64,000 nucleotides of DNA. It comes from Octopus vulgaris. Taxonomy: Eukaryota. The notes under the pieces are model-generated. The model had not been told where the DNA came from and made no database searches. It saw only the letters and a program-made list of their open reading frames with translations. Below, in pieces: positions 52,433 through 64,000 of this stretch. The stretch lies in contig OX597820.1 in NCBI GenBank assembly GCA_951406725.2, positions 29,822,001-29,886,000 of the forward strand. The letters run 5' to 3'. The position numbers and the translations under genes were made by a program. How positions within the stretch are numbered: position 1 is the stretch's first letter; each line of letters starts with the position of its first letter.

Positions 52433-52740
52433 AGGGTTCAATGCACACGGAGACATAAATACATACACATACATACACATACTCACACACACATACACAT
52501 ACACAAACACACACTCGGGGTTCAACGCACACGGGAGACATAAATACACACACACGGAGACATAAATATACACACATACATACACATACACACACAAACA
52601 CACACACAGGGTTCAACGCACACAGAGACATAATTACACACACACACATACACACACATACACACACACATACACACACACATACACACGCACACACACA
52701 CACACACAGGGTTCAACGCACATGGAGACATAAATACACA
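52433..52740 (+). repeat. Array of gggttcaacgcacacggagacataaatac separated by variable (CA)n
   Basis: Motif near 52434, 52518, 52609 and 52709; reverse-strand copy at 13001-13028. Confidence 0.85.
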
Positions 52741-52916
52741 CACACATACACACACATATACAAACACACACACGCACGCACGCACAAACTTTGGGCAAAG
52801 GAATACCTTTCTGTTATCCAAGGCCAACGAAGCCCGTGTAAAAGAAGAACGTGCAAATAAGTATTACCGTTTTGACCTTTGTTATTCGGTTCACGGTATT
52901 AAGACGGATTTTTCAG

Positions 52917-53010
52917 ATAAGTAATGAAGATTATGATGGGCAAGAGCACGGGCAATGCAGTGCGCAAAAAACAATGGTCTCGGACTGATCAAAATGTTAT
53001 AACGGCGACT
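52917..53010 (+). other. Weak candidate exon with possible start codon (MKIMMGKSTGNAVRKKQWSRTDQNVITAT)
   Basis: tttttcag| acceptor, in-frame TAA before ATG at 52924, ACT|gtaagc donor; short pyrimidine tract. Confidence 0.25.
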
Positions 53011-53396
53011 GTAAGCAGTTCCGATTGTAAACGCAGTTTTTGTAACCTGCGAATGATCAAGACTTATCTGAGGAATTTCTTGGTAGATAATATTCTTAAA
53101 TAGAAGAAGAACAGGAAAACCCTTGATTTTAGATATCTCTGACTTCGTTTACCGGGAAAATACTAAAACAAGAGAATCGTAATCGTATGTAGCTGGTGAT
53201 ACGGTAGATGTTAAAAGACATTGCCATCTTTAATGTTTCAAGTTTTTTTTAAAATTTATTGAGATGTACTTGCATAGCAAGTGATCTGATCTGAGATCGT
53301 GTGCTGGAACGAAAACAATTGCAGCGTGGAAGGAGTTTATAAGCCATTTAAGCAACACACAAAAACCGTTAGATTCCCTTCAACATTTAAATTTAA

Positions 53397-53447
53397 TTTG
53401 TCGAAATATTTTCGTCGCTTTGAGACCGCAACCTGTTCACTGACAAA
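53397..53447 (-). ncRNA. Hammerhead-like motif, G3:C8 core
   Basis: TTTGTCA-GTGAACA-G-GTTGC-ggtctcaaa-GCGAC-GAAA-ATAT-TT-CGACAAA. Confidence 0.6.
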
Positions 53448-53458
53448 ATTCCGTGCTG

Positions 53459-53510
53459 TTTGTCAGTGAAAAGGTCGCGGTCTCAAAGCAACGAAAATAA
53501 TTTGCACAAA
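53459..53510 (+). ncRNA. Mutated copy of the G3:C8 hammerhead-like motif
   Basis: TTTGTCA-GTGAAAA-G-GTCGC-ggtctcaaa-GCAAC-GAAA-ATAA-TT-TGCACAAA. Confidence 0.45.
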
Positions 53511-53878
53511 TTAAATTTAAATGTTGAAGTGAATCTAACGGTTTTTGTGTGTTTCTTAAATGGCTTATAAACACTCTTCCACGCTGCAATTGTTTTTATT
53601 TATTATAATTCTGAAATTACATTACTGAGAGATTTTGGAAAGGTTTTATTATATAAAAACTCATATTGTTCATTATTAGAGGGAGAAAAAGAAAGAAAAA
53701 CAAAGAAAAGGAAACTTTTGTTGCTCTCATTGTTTGCCAGCCGAACTTTGCCCGAGATTGCACGAAACGCCGGCGTCAACATTACTTCTGGATATATAAA
53801 TATAAACAGGCATTCATCTTAGTTATAGAAGCAGTAGACAACCTCACACACATACACAAACACGCACACACACAGACG

Positions 53879-53929
<51 letters not shown>

Positions 53930-54344
53930 CCTGAAATTCATATTCACACAAACAATAAAATACATACATAAAGTCATACATTAAAAATATATAAACTAAA
54001 GCATAATGACATATTGACCACACATGCACTCATACATACAGAAACTAAAACACACACACATACACACACTAAAAGGTACTCACGCACACTTACATACAAT
54101 AAAATGTACTCTTAAACACACATACATACATGCAACACACACATACATGCAAAGGCAAAACCATACACATATTAGAACACACACACACGTGCACACATAA
54201 ACTTACATATACATTCATTAAAACAAACACTCACTAAAATGCACTGACACACACATACACCATAGCACACACGCACTCACTCAACCACACTATAAGATAA
54301 TACATTCACATACTCACACATACATCTACACTAACACATACACA

Positions 54345-54800
54345 CACGCTCACATTAAAATACACATTAAAACACGCACGCATACACTAACACATGCACA
54401 CACGCACTAAATGACATAATAAAACACACACACATACACTAATACACTCACAAACACGCACACATGCACCCACACTAACATGCACACACACATACGCATA
54501 TACATACACACCACCCACACACATACACACAGTAAACAGACACACACATGCACACATACACACACTCACATTAAAACATATTAAGACACTCACGCATACA
54601 CTAACACATGCACACACGCACTAAATGACATAAGACACATACACTAATACACTCACAAACGCGCACACATGCATCCACACTAACATACACACACACGCAC
54701 ACACACACACCACCCACACACATACACACGCACACACATACACACAGTAAAAAGACACACGCACACACATACACACAGTAAAAAGACACACGCACACACA
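54345..54800 (+). repeat. ~213-bp tandem duplication of a CA-rich unit
   Basis: ctaacacatgcacacacgcactaaatgacataa at 54387 and 54601. Confidence 0.8.
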
Positions 54801-55360
54801 TACACACGTACACACATACACACGCACACACATACACACACACACACACACACGCATACACATACACACGCACACACATACACACGCACACACATACACA
54901 CGCATGCACACAGGCACACTCACATCACCATTCATTACGGACAAAAATGACGGAAGCTGTGTTCAACTGAACATAATTTACCGAGCAGATCAATAAAACC
55001 AGTCCGATTCCACACTGATCCAATTTGAACAAATTGATTGACCTACATAATAAAACGATCAAACAAGCTCCGTAATTATCTCTTCATCCAAGCACGGATC
55101 TTTTCTTCTGTTATCTTTTTCTTTCCTTTCTTCTTTTGAATAACTTCTGATCCATTCAAAATAAGGTTTGCAATCCATTGTTATACATTTTGACGGACTT
55201 TTCAGAATGGATGTTGTCGTTGTTGCTGTTGTTGTTATCCCTGTGATTGTGGTTCTTGTTGCTGTTGCTGGTTGTTGTTGTATTATGATAGTTGCATCTG
55301 TTATTGTTGTAATTATCATTTCGTTATTAATATGTTGTAATTAACATTTTGTTATTAATG

Positions 55361-55759
55361 GGCGCAGGAGTGGCTGTGTGGTAAGTAGCTTGCTTACAAA
55401 CCACATGGTTCCGGGTTCAGTCCCACTGCGTGGCACCTTGGGCAAGTGTCTTCTACTATAGCCTCGGGCCGACCAAAGCCTTGTGAGTGGATTTGGTGGA
55501 CGGAAACTGAAAGAAGCCCGTCGTATATATGTATATATATATGTATGTGTTTGTGTGTCTGTGTTTGTTCCCCCAACATCACTTGACAACCGATGGTGGT
55601 GTGTTTACGTCCCCGTAACTTTGTGGTTCGGCAAAAGAGACCAATAGAATAAGTACTAGGCTTCCAAAGAATAAGTCCTGGGGTCGATCTGCTAGACTAA
55701 AGGCGGTGCTCCAGCATGGCCGCAGTTAAATGACTGAAACAAGTAAAAGAGTAAAAGAG
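55361..55759 (+). mobile_element. SINE family A, full length
   Basis: Colinear with 4125-4535; possible TAATG TSD. Confidence 0.9.
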
Positions 55760-55841
55760 TAATGCCTGTTGTGTTGTTATCGATGTAGCTGTTATTATGG
55801 TTATTATTGTGATTATTTATTGCTGTTCTTGTTGTTGCTCA

Positions 55842-56480
55842 CACCTCATCTAGAAGGCTGTGCAGTTGCTATCCAAGAACAGGAGATGGTTTCTAAATAT
55901 CTGATCAACCAGATGATAAGAATGTCTCTAAACCTCAACGTTATGATAGAAAATTTCGATTGTACCATATCAGCAGGAGACACTACTCATATCCACAGTG
56001 GCTGTCCAAAAACGTTTGCAAGGTACTACTTTCTCATGAGAGAACGACGTTGATTAAGACGGTCTACAATGCTATACGCAGGAGGGTTTTCCTGAAGGCC
56101 ATACCAAAAGCATACCAGAAACAGACTGTCTCTAGATTGTTAAAACGAAAGAATATTGATCGTACGTTCCAATAAAAACATCCATCTAGTGTACGTACAA
56201 TAGGTCAAATATTGTTTTATGGGATAGGAAGAAACAAGTCATGCACTGTTGTGGATACCAACAACTCAATGGGCGTGAGTGTCGCGTCAACAATTGGGGA
56301 AAATAACGTTTATGGAGAACAGATGAGAAACCTACAGCTGTTATATCCAGGCTATAGATTTTTCATGTGTACGTAATGACATTGCTGCACAGAGCTGCAT
56401 GAAAACAGATTTGCACAAAAGCCTATAAACGATGGGGTTCGCGAAAAAAAGAAAAGAGCAAACTGATTCGCATTCTCTGA
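55842..56480 (+). pseudogene. Old restriction-like-endonuclease LINE remnant, same family as 46430-47040
   Basis: HLEGCAVAIQEQEMVSKYL...DTTHIHSGCPKTFARYYFLMR...KTVYNAIR...IVLWDRK...YGEQMRNLQLLYPGYRF. Confidence 0.75.
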
Positions 56481-56609
56481 ACACAATCGATCACATTGAA
56501 CAATGTACACTCGAAAAGAGTAAAATTGAAAAGATGCTATTGTCAGGGCTGGAACGTCTTTGATTATAAGGCCTACTCGATCAGGACTTACCTAGGGCTG
56601 AAATAATCC

Positions 56610-57237
56610 TTTCTACAAGAGGTACAAGGCCTGAAATTTTAGTTGAGAGGACTAGTCGATTACATCAACGCTTGACTCAGCTGGTTCTTATTTTATCGAT
56701 TCAGAGAGGATGGAAGGTTAAGTGGAAAGCTGGAAAAATGCTGCTAAGCTTTTTGCCCTTCGTGCTAACGAATTTGCCAGCTCGCCGCCTTTTAATCATG
56801 GCTTCAAATTTTGGCACAAATCCAGCAATTTTAGGAGAGAATGTAAGTCAATTATATCGGCTCCAGTGCTCACTTGGTACTTATTTCATCGACCCTGAAA
56901 TGATGACGAGTAAAGTTGACTCCGGCGGCGTTTGAACTCAGAACGTAAATATGGACGAAATACTGCTAGGCATTTTCCCCGGCATGCTAACGATTCTGCC
57001 AGTTCGCGGCCTTTTAATAATAGCTTCAAATTTTGGCACAATGCTAGCAGGTTTAGGGGATGGGGTAAGTCGATTACATCGATGCTAGCGATTAACTAGT
57101 ACTTATTTTATCGACTTCGAAAGGATGTAAGGCAAAGTCCACCTCGGCAGAATTTTGAACTCAAAATGTAAAGAGTCGAAAGAAATGTTGCAAAGCATTT
57201 TATCCGATACATTAATGATCCTGCCAGCTCGCCGCCT
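56610..57237 (-). mobile_element. Three tandem SINE B2 copies
   Basis: Units end at gccagctcgccgcc-like motifs near 56790, 57012 and 57237. Confidence 0.8.
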
Positions 57238-57627
57238 TTAGGAGTGTAGCCACAACAATTACAGAGACAACAATATTATTAACAACAACAACAACCTTGC
57301 ACTGTTGCTATCATGTTTCTATTTCCCCATGTCACAATGTTTGTGTTCATAAGTCAAGCCAAAGAATGCAGGGTGTAAACAGTGACCTCTTAATTGACAT
57401 TAAGACCTGACGTAAATATAAATATAGCACTATATAGAACAAACTTGGAGTTGAAATAACGCTTCAGCTTCATTGAAGGTTGTACTTTGGACGGACTATT
57501 TAACATTTTGAAACACGATATCAAAAATATAATTATTTACTGTAAAATTGTCAGCTGGTTGATTGAGATTGCGTTTTGGTTGTTCGTTCGTTTCTTCAAG
57601 AAGAAAATTACATTTTCTTTTCTCAAA

Positions 57628-58018
57628 CTTTTACTCTTTTACTTGTTTCAGTCATTTGACTGCGGCCATGCTAGAGCACCGCCTTTAGTCGAGCAAATCG
57701 ACCCCGGGACTTATTCTTTGTAAGCCTAGAACTTATTTTATCGGTCTCTTTTTTGGCGACCGCTAAGTTACGGGGACGTAAACACACCACCATCGGTTGT
57801 CAAGCGATGTTGTGGGGACAAACACAGACACACAAACATGCACATACATATATATATATACATATATACGACGGGCTTCTTTCAATTTCCGTCTACCAAA
57901 TCCACTCACAAGGTTTTGGTCGGCCCGAGGCTATAGTAAAAGACACTTGCCCAAGGGACTGAACCCGGAACCATGTGGTTCGTAAGCAAGCTACTTACCA
58001 CACAGCCACTCCTACGCC
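57628..58018 (-). mobile_element. SINE family A
   Basis: Reverse complement of family A with a small deletion. Confidence 0.9.
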
Positions 58019-58059
58019 TTTTTGTAATCAAAAAGCAAGAACATTTGATTTAGGGCTCC

Positions 58060-58685
58060 AACTCAAAGTGCTCAGCTGTATGAGTTGGTACTAGTAATTT
58101 TCTACCCCAGAAGAACGAAACGCGAAGTTGACCTCTGCAGAATTTGAATTCTGAACATAAAGGGTAGTTTTTAAACATTACATAGCCTCTAGGCCGATAT
58201 GACATTTTATCGATTTTGCTAGACTATCGATTTAGATATCATAATAATAGAAGTTTCTAATAGAAGCACTCGCCAGTGAATTGGGGAGGAGTATTCGATA
58301 CCATTTTTATTTTGGATTGGTTCTTTATTTTATCAACCCCTGAAAGAGTGAAAGACAAGGTTTACCTCGGTAGGATTTTAAACTCAGAATACAAGTAGTC
58401 TGAACAAATACCGCTAGACATTTGGAATCGACACTGTAATGTTTCAACCAATCAGCCACCCTTGCAATCGATACTAATGTTTCTTAATTTAGGCACAAGG
58501 CCAGCATTTTAGAGGGAAAGGGAATAGTCGATACCATGGACCCCAGCACTGAACAGATACTTTATTTTTCCGTCTCTGAAAAGATGAAAGGCAAACTTAA
58601 CATCAGCAGGATTTGAACTCAAAATGCAAAAAGTTAGAAAAAATACAGCAAAACGATATTTCGGCTCTAACGAAACCGCCAATGC
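58060..58685 (-). mobile_element. Three old tandem SINE B2 copies
   Basis: Recurrent gatttgaactca.aa motif near 58143, 58378 and 58613. Confidence 0.65.
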
Positions 58686-58728
58686 AAATAACAAACTAAA
58701 CTGACGAGTGATTTTTTCTCATCATATA

Positions 58729-59063
58729 GGCGCAGGCGTGGCTGTGTAGTAAGACGCTTGCTTCCCAACCACATGGTTCCGGATTCAGTCCCACTGCGTG
58801 GCACCTTGGGCAAGTGTCTTCTACTATAACTTCGGGCCGATCAAAGCCTTGTGAGAAAATTTGCATCCATCCCCCCTCATCACTGCTTGACAAGCGTGTG
58901 TTTGTGTAACGTAACTTAGCAATTCGGCAAAGGAGAACGCTAGAAAAATACTAGGCTTAAAAAAACAATGTCCTGGGGTCGATTTGTTTGCCAAAAACCC
59001 TTCAAAGCGGTGCTCCAGCATGGTTGCAGTCAAATGACTGAAACAAGTAAAAGAATAAGAGAA
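58729..59063 (+). mobile_element. SINE family A variant
   Basis: Family A head and tail, internal deletion. Confidence 0.85.
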
Positions 59064-59382
59064 AGAATATACCCATTCCAGGTGAACTCGCAAAATAGAG
59101 CATCGTAAAAAAAAACAAAAAAAACAACTTTGCGGTAAATGTTCAAATCCCGCCGATGTCTTCTCAGTTTTCATCCTTTCGGGCACCTTAAATTTATGTA
59201 GCAGTCTCAGTTCTAGGATCGGTGATATCGACAAAAATTGTTATCCTTGCACCAAAATCAGAAACCAGATTATACAGATCAGGAGTATACATATATAATT
59301 TAAGACGCATAGAAAGTGTATTATATAGCTAGTACCTTCTGCTGTAACGTTTCAGAAAGCTGTATTGTTTGAACGGTAAATG

Positions 59383-59550
59383 TTACGTTGTGAGTTCAAA
59401 TTCCGCCGAGGTCGACTTTGCCTTTCATCCTTTCGGGGTCGATAAATTAAGTACCAGTTACGCACTGGGGTCGATGTAATCGACTTAATACCTATGTCTG
59501 TCCTTGTTTGTCCCCTCTGTGTTTAGCCCCTTGTGGGTAATAAAGAAATA
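59383..59550 (+). mobile_element. 5'-truncated SINE family B
   Basis: Near-identical to 5600-5765. Confidence 0.9.
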
Positions 59551-59552
59551 TG

Positions 59553-59785
59553 TATTGTTTGCAAATGCTGATCATCATGGATGGATGGACGTCCTATACC
59601 CTCTTGATCTTCTAGGCTCTTATCCTCACAATGGAACCTCTTAAACCACTGTTTTACCGTCCGATCACTTGTGAGCCCTTCACCCCCATGCTCTGTTGAT
59701 ATTGCTGGCTGCTTGGGAAGCATTATATCCAAGCTTGAATTCATGCAAACAAAAGTAAAGATTTTTTTTTTCTTTTATTCGTGTT
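59553..59785 (-). pseudogene. Mariner transposase N-terminal HTH remnant (cecropia/Hsmar1-like)
   Basis: HEFKLGYNASQAASNINRAW / GEGLTSDRTVKQWFKRFHCEDKSLEDQEGIGRPS with a frameshift. Confidence 0.85.
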
Positions 59786-61941
59786 TGAAATTAAGAATTT
59801 CTACGCTTCAAAATTATATTCTGAAAGAAATCAAAGTTTATTAACCTTTAAACATATTATCCCGTATATTTTCGTTCAGAGATATCTGGTAAATATATAT
59901 TTGAACGAAAATACACATTCACTGTACCCTGAGGTATCTGTCATTTATTTCTAACCTGAAATTCTACGTTCAAGATGTTATTCTCGTTTGTTTGTTTTTA
60001 TCATTAGCTATCATTAACTATCATTAGCTATCAGTAAGTATCATTCCTTGATAATAAATGTTAACTGATTCAAAATAATTTGTGTACTTATCCTTCCTTA
60101 TATACAGATTCAAAATAAATGACAAATTGTTTGGTTTTTTTTTTTTTGCATAGAGATTGAAAAACAATGTGCTTGATAAGAGGTTAAAGTGTGCACATCA
60201 ATTACTAAGCATTTAAAATTTCGTCTAAAACACTACAAAAATAACATCTTAAATCGTATTTTACAGAATGTTTTCGAAAAATCGGACAAAATTTTCCAAA
60301 CAACGTAATACTGTGTGTGTTAGGTTCAGTCTAGTATCGCCAGTTGCTGATTCAGAAGTTTCTAAACACTGCTTTATGCAAGCAACAACGACTTACAGAA
60401 GGATTAGATCAAGAAACATGAAGCAGCGTTACCAAAATCTTTTACATATTTCAGAGGGCGACAGATTAAGTTTCTTAGATTATTTTTTCGGGAGGCAGCT
60501 AAACACTTGTTGAGGTTTAAATGTCAAATTGTTGCAGTATAAATTCCAGATATACGACCTGTTTGATGAAGGACATTTGGGGATATGACAGGACGAGCCA
60601 ATACGCATGCGTTGAGATTATACTTACAAGAGTGTTGTCGTTGGTGAACCGAAAATAGAAACATGTTGCTTGAAGGCGTTCCCTGTAATTCTAGTATCAA
60701 ACAAGGGTTATCTGTCCTGAAAAATATTTTCAAAATTTTTCCAGTCTGCCAGATAAGACCGGGGTTACTATGAGACCAGAATTGTATGCATAAATGTAAA
60801 CTACATATGATAAATAGTTTATAAGAAAATTTTCTGAAAGGTTGTAATGTCACGATCGGGTTTCGTTCTGAAAAGTTTTCAACATCTAGGCAAGGAAATC
60901 AATCTGTCTGCTTTACTCCATTTTTTGTGTACACACACACACCCCGCATATACACCTATATGTGTGTGTATGTATGTGTATATACATACATATATATACA
61001 TATACATACACACACACACATATATACACATATATGTAATGTATGTATGTATATATGTATGTATATATGTATGTATTATGTATGTACGTACGTACTAACG
61101 CGATCCTGAGGGCAACACCCACGCGGATAGAGATATAGATATACATACATACATTCTCAACTCTCATATTTACTGCCCTTCTGTAGCACCAACAACCCTC
61201 TTCTATGGCTCAATACTGTGTGTTTACCCTGCACAGTCTTTCACGAACCTTCATAAATCTTCACACTAATGCCAATATAGGAACTTGCTCTAAGTCGTTC
61301 AAACTGAAAAGAATACCAACGAAGTTCTCTAAAATCACGCCCGACTGCCACAAAAAAAAGTTCACAGTATGGTCTCAGACAAGTTGATCTTGCATGGAAT
61401 ATAGCAAAAAAAATATGGGATAGTCACGGCTGGAATGTCTTTTATCAAAGGTCTAGTCAATCAGGACAGACATGAGCCGAAACAGCAACAACATTGTTCT
61501 ACAGAATTATCAAACAAGCACAGTTTACAGATCTTTCAACATTCCCAGAAAAGGCATATTTATTTATGTGTTGGTGTATACACACACGCACGCGCGTGTA
61601 TGTGTATGCGTGTGTACATGTGTACATGTAAATATGTATGTATATATATGTATATATATATATTTATATATGTATGTATATGATATGTGCATTCCTAGTT
61701 GAAATTCCGTCGCGGTTTATTTGAGTAGTAGATTAATCCGTCACCCCGTTTGACTCAAGCAGATGGGCACTTTAAGCGGAATCCACTTAGTTGCGAGCAT
61801 TCGGGTCACGTCCCGGACTTTAAAATACCATGGACTCTCCCTTGTCACTATAAAATATTGTACTGCGACAGTTTACCACTTTTGTTAGTGTGCGGTGCTC
61901 ATCTAGTACACACAAGCTAGATATCCTATATATATATAAAT

Positions 61942-62487
61942 ATGTGCCGGGATATCAAAAAGGAGATCTCACGGAGAGTAAGGGCCGGATGGAAGGCGTT
62001 CAATGGCATAAGGGATGTGCTCAAGGGAAGGTTGGACAGGACCACCCGCGCCAACCTCATTAACAGTGCAGTTCTGTCTGCAATGTTATATGGTAGTGAA
62101 ACATGGGCTACCACAAAGAGAGAAGAGCAAAGACTGGTAACGGCTCAAAGAGCTATGGAAAGGTCAATGCTTGGTATCTCGTTGAGAGAGCACATAAATA
62201 ACAAGATCATCAGAAAGAAGTCCGGCGTGAGAGATGTCATCGCAGAGTATACTCGCAGCAAGTATAGATGGGCTGGACACGTCGCCGGGCTCACCGATAA
62301 TCGGTGGACGCACGCAGTTGTCGAGTGGTACCCGCGTGAGCGGAAAAGACCACCCAGAAGACCTCCACGACGGTGGAGTGACGATTTCAAGAGGATGATT
62401 GGGATCACGTGGATGAGAAAGGCGCGATCCAGAGAGGAGTGAACAGCGTGCTGTGACCAATGGTGTCAAATGGACGCCTGACGGACT

Positions 62488-62490
<3 letters not shown>
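61942..62490 (+). pseudogene. 5'-truncated RTE-clade LINE 3' end in (TA)n
   Basis: EISRRVRAGWKAF...MLYGSETW...QRAMERSMLGISL...RWAGHVA...DNRWT...WYPRERKRP.RRPPRRWSDD. Confidence 0.92.
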
Positions 62491-62529
<39 letters not shown>

Positions 62530-62578
62530 TATAAACACACACACATACACACAAATTTAGGGAATGGAGCAGGTAAAA

Positions 62579-62668
62579 TCCAGGTTACATATGTTTCCTA
62601 GCTAACAGAACCTCGGAAGTAATAATTACTCAACGAGGAGTACTCTGCTAGCTACTCATGAGGCTGAA
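62579..62668 (-). ncRNA. Hammerhead-like motif with long stem II and CUCAUGA core
   Basis: ttcagc-CTCATGA-G-TAGCTAGCAGA..CCTCG..AGTAAT-t-ATTACT..CGAGG..TCTGTTAGCTA-G-GAAA-CATATG-TA-acctgg. Confidence 0.5.
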
Positions 62669-62895
62669 GTTAAATGAAGGTTACATTGCCGTCAAAAAGT
62701 CCCAAGTTAACTCACAGGAGATTTAATCGAAGCTTACTAACTTTCTACACCTGGATCCTTTACATATTATTATATATATATATTACATGGAAAAATGCGA
62801 GCAAGAGAAATAATATTCTTAAGGTTAAGCCTGGAAACTTACAGGACAAATTATTACACTTAGAAAAGTTCGGGACAGCTTATTATACCTGGTAA

Positions 62896-63254
62896 ACGGA
62901 TTAAGTCAATTATATCGACCCCAGTGCTTAACTGGTACTTATTTAATCGACCCCGAAAGGATAAAAGGCAAAGTCGACCTCGGCGGAATTTGAACTCAGA
63001 ACGTAACAGCAGACGAAATACCTATTTCTTTATTACCCACAAGGAGCTAAACATAGAAGGGACAAACAAGGACAGACATAGGTATTAAGTCGATTACATC
63101 GACTCCAGTGCGTAACTGGTACTTAATTTATCGTCCCCGAAAGGATAAAAGGCAAAGTCGACCTCGGCGGAATTTGAACTCAGAACGTAACGGCAGACGA
63201 AATACCGCAAAGCATTTCGCCCGGCGTGCTAACGATTCTGCCAGCTCGCCGCCT
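62896..63254 (-). mobile_element. Head-to-tail SINE B dimer
   Basis: Same junction as 52160, read on the minus strand (cgaaatacctatttcttt at 63014-63031). Confidence 0.9.
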
Positions 63255-63261
63255 TATTTAA

Positions 63262-63643
63262 TTTTTCATTTGTTTCAGTCATCAGACTGCGGCCATGCTG
63301 GAGCGCTGCCTCGAAGAATTTTAGTCGAACTTATCAACCCCAGTACTTATTATATTTTGTAATGCCTAGTGCGTATTCTATCGGTGTTTTTGCCGAACTG
63401 CTAAGTTACGGGTTCGTAAACATACCAACACTGGTTGTCAAACGGTGGTGGAAGACAAGCACACACACACACACAATATACGACGGGCTTCTTTCAGTTT
63501 CTGTGAACCAAATCCACTCACTAGGCTTTGGTCAGACCGAGGTCGTAGTAAAAGACACTTGCCCAGAGTGCCATGCAGTGTGACTGAACCCAGAACCATT
63601 TGGTTGAGAAGCAAGCTTCTTGCCACACAGCCACGCCTGCACC
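63262..63643 (-). mobile_element. SINE family A, diverged
   Basis: Reverse complement of family A. Confidence 0.85.
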
Positions 63644-64000
63644 TAGTATGTTTATAATTAAGATAGAATTTTAGATTCAGCGTTATAGCATATATCCTGT
63701 TATAACCGACCATCATACGTCAGTATGTCTCAATGAAGTGTGCATGTACTATATAAAATATGATTATCATAAAGCTTAACTATAAATGTAAGATTAATAA
63801 TGTTTTCAATTGTTTTTGTTATTTTTTGTTTCGTTTTTTATTTTTTTCAGACATGATACAACAGATATTGTTTTGGCAAGTTAGCAAAGACTTTGATATA
63901 CTAAACTATGAACTGAATATATTTATATACAAAATAATACTAATAACAATCTTTCTAATTTTGGCACAAAGCCAGCAATTTTGAAGAGAGGGGGAAGTCG

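Larger units (their letters stand above)
53260..53596. mobile_element. Inverted pair of the 2185-2385 element forming a ~135-bp-arm hairpin
   Basis: 53312-53447 pairs with 53459-53596 around an 11-nt spacer. Confidence 0.9.

Noticed and set aside
54920-55200. Unique island with possible minus-strand splice sites and a short ORF (MDCKPYFEW...)
   Set aside because: Several competing sites; the 61-nt candidate checked is not phase-compatible with the 49534 exon. Could be UTR but unsupported.

Overview
Repeat-saturated, AT-rich animal genomic DNA. The SINE repertoire and microsatellite load point to an octopus or other coleoid cephalopod (inference). The window looks intronic or intergenic: no intact protein-coding gene, rRNA, genuine tRNA or CRISPR array is supportable, and most ORF-track entries are translated microsatellites. 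Contents: several tRNA-derived SINE families; 5'-truncated LINE remnants (RTE, CR1/L2-like, Tx1-like, and restriction-like-endonuclease R4/Dong-type); mariner, Tigger and hAT relics; two non-autonomous Helitrons; an (ATT)n-embedded ~560-bp element; and a few weak candidate exons. The most notable signal, read by hand, is about 10 minimal type-I hammerhead-ribozyme-like motifs in short, mostly (TA)n-associated, probably Penelope-derived elements. Their cores include canonical CUGAGGA, the compensatory swaps G3:C8 (GUGAACA) and U3:A8 (UUGAUAA), and CCGAUGA/CUGUUGA variants, and several sit at inverted-duplication junctions. Two probable SINE-LINE 3'-tail partnerships are also visible. Repeat boundaries are approximate; family names come from motif recognition, not database searches.
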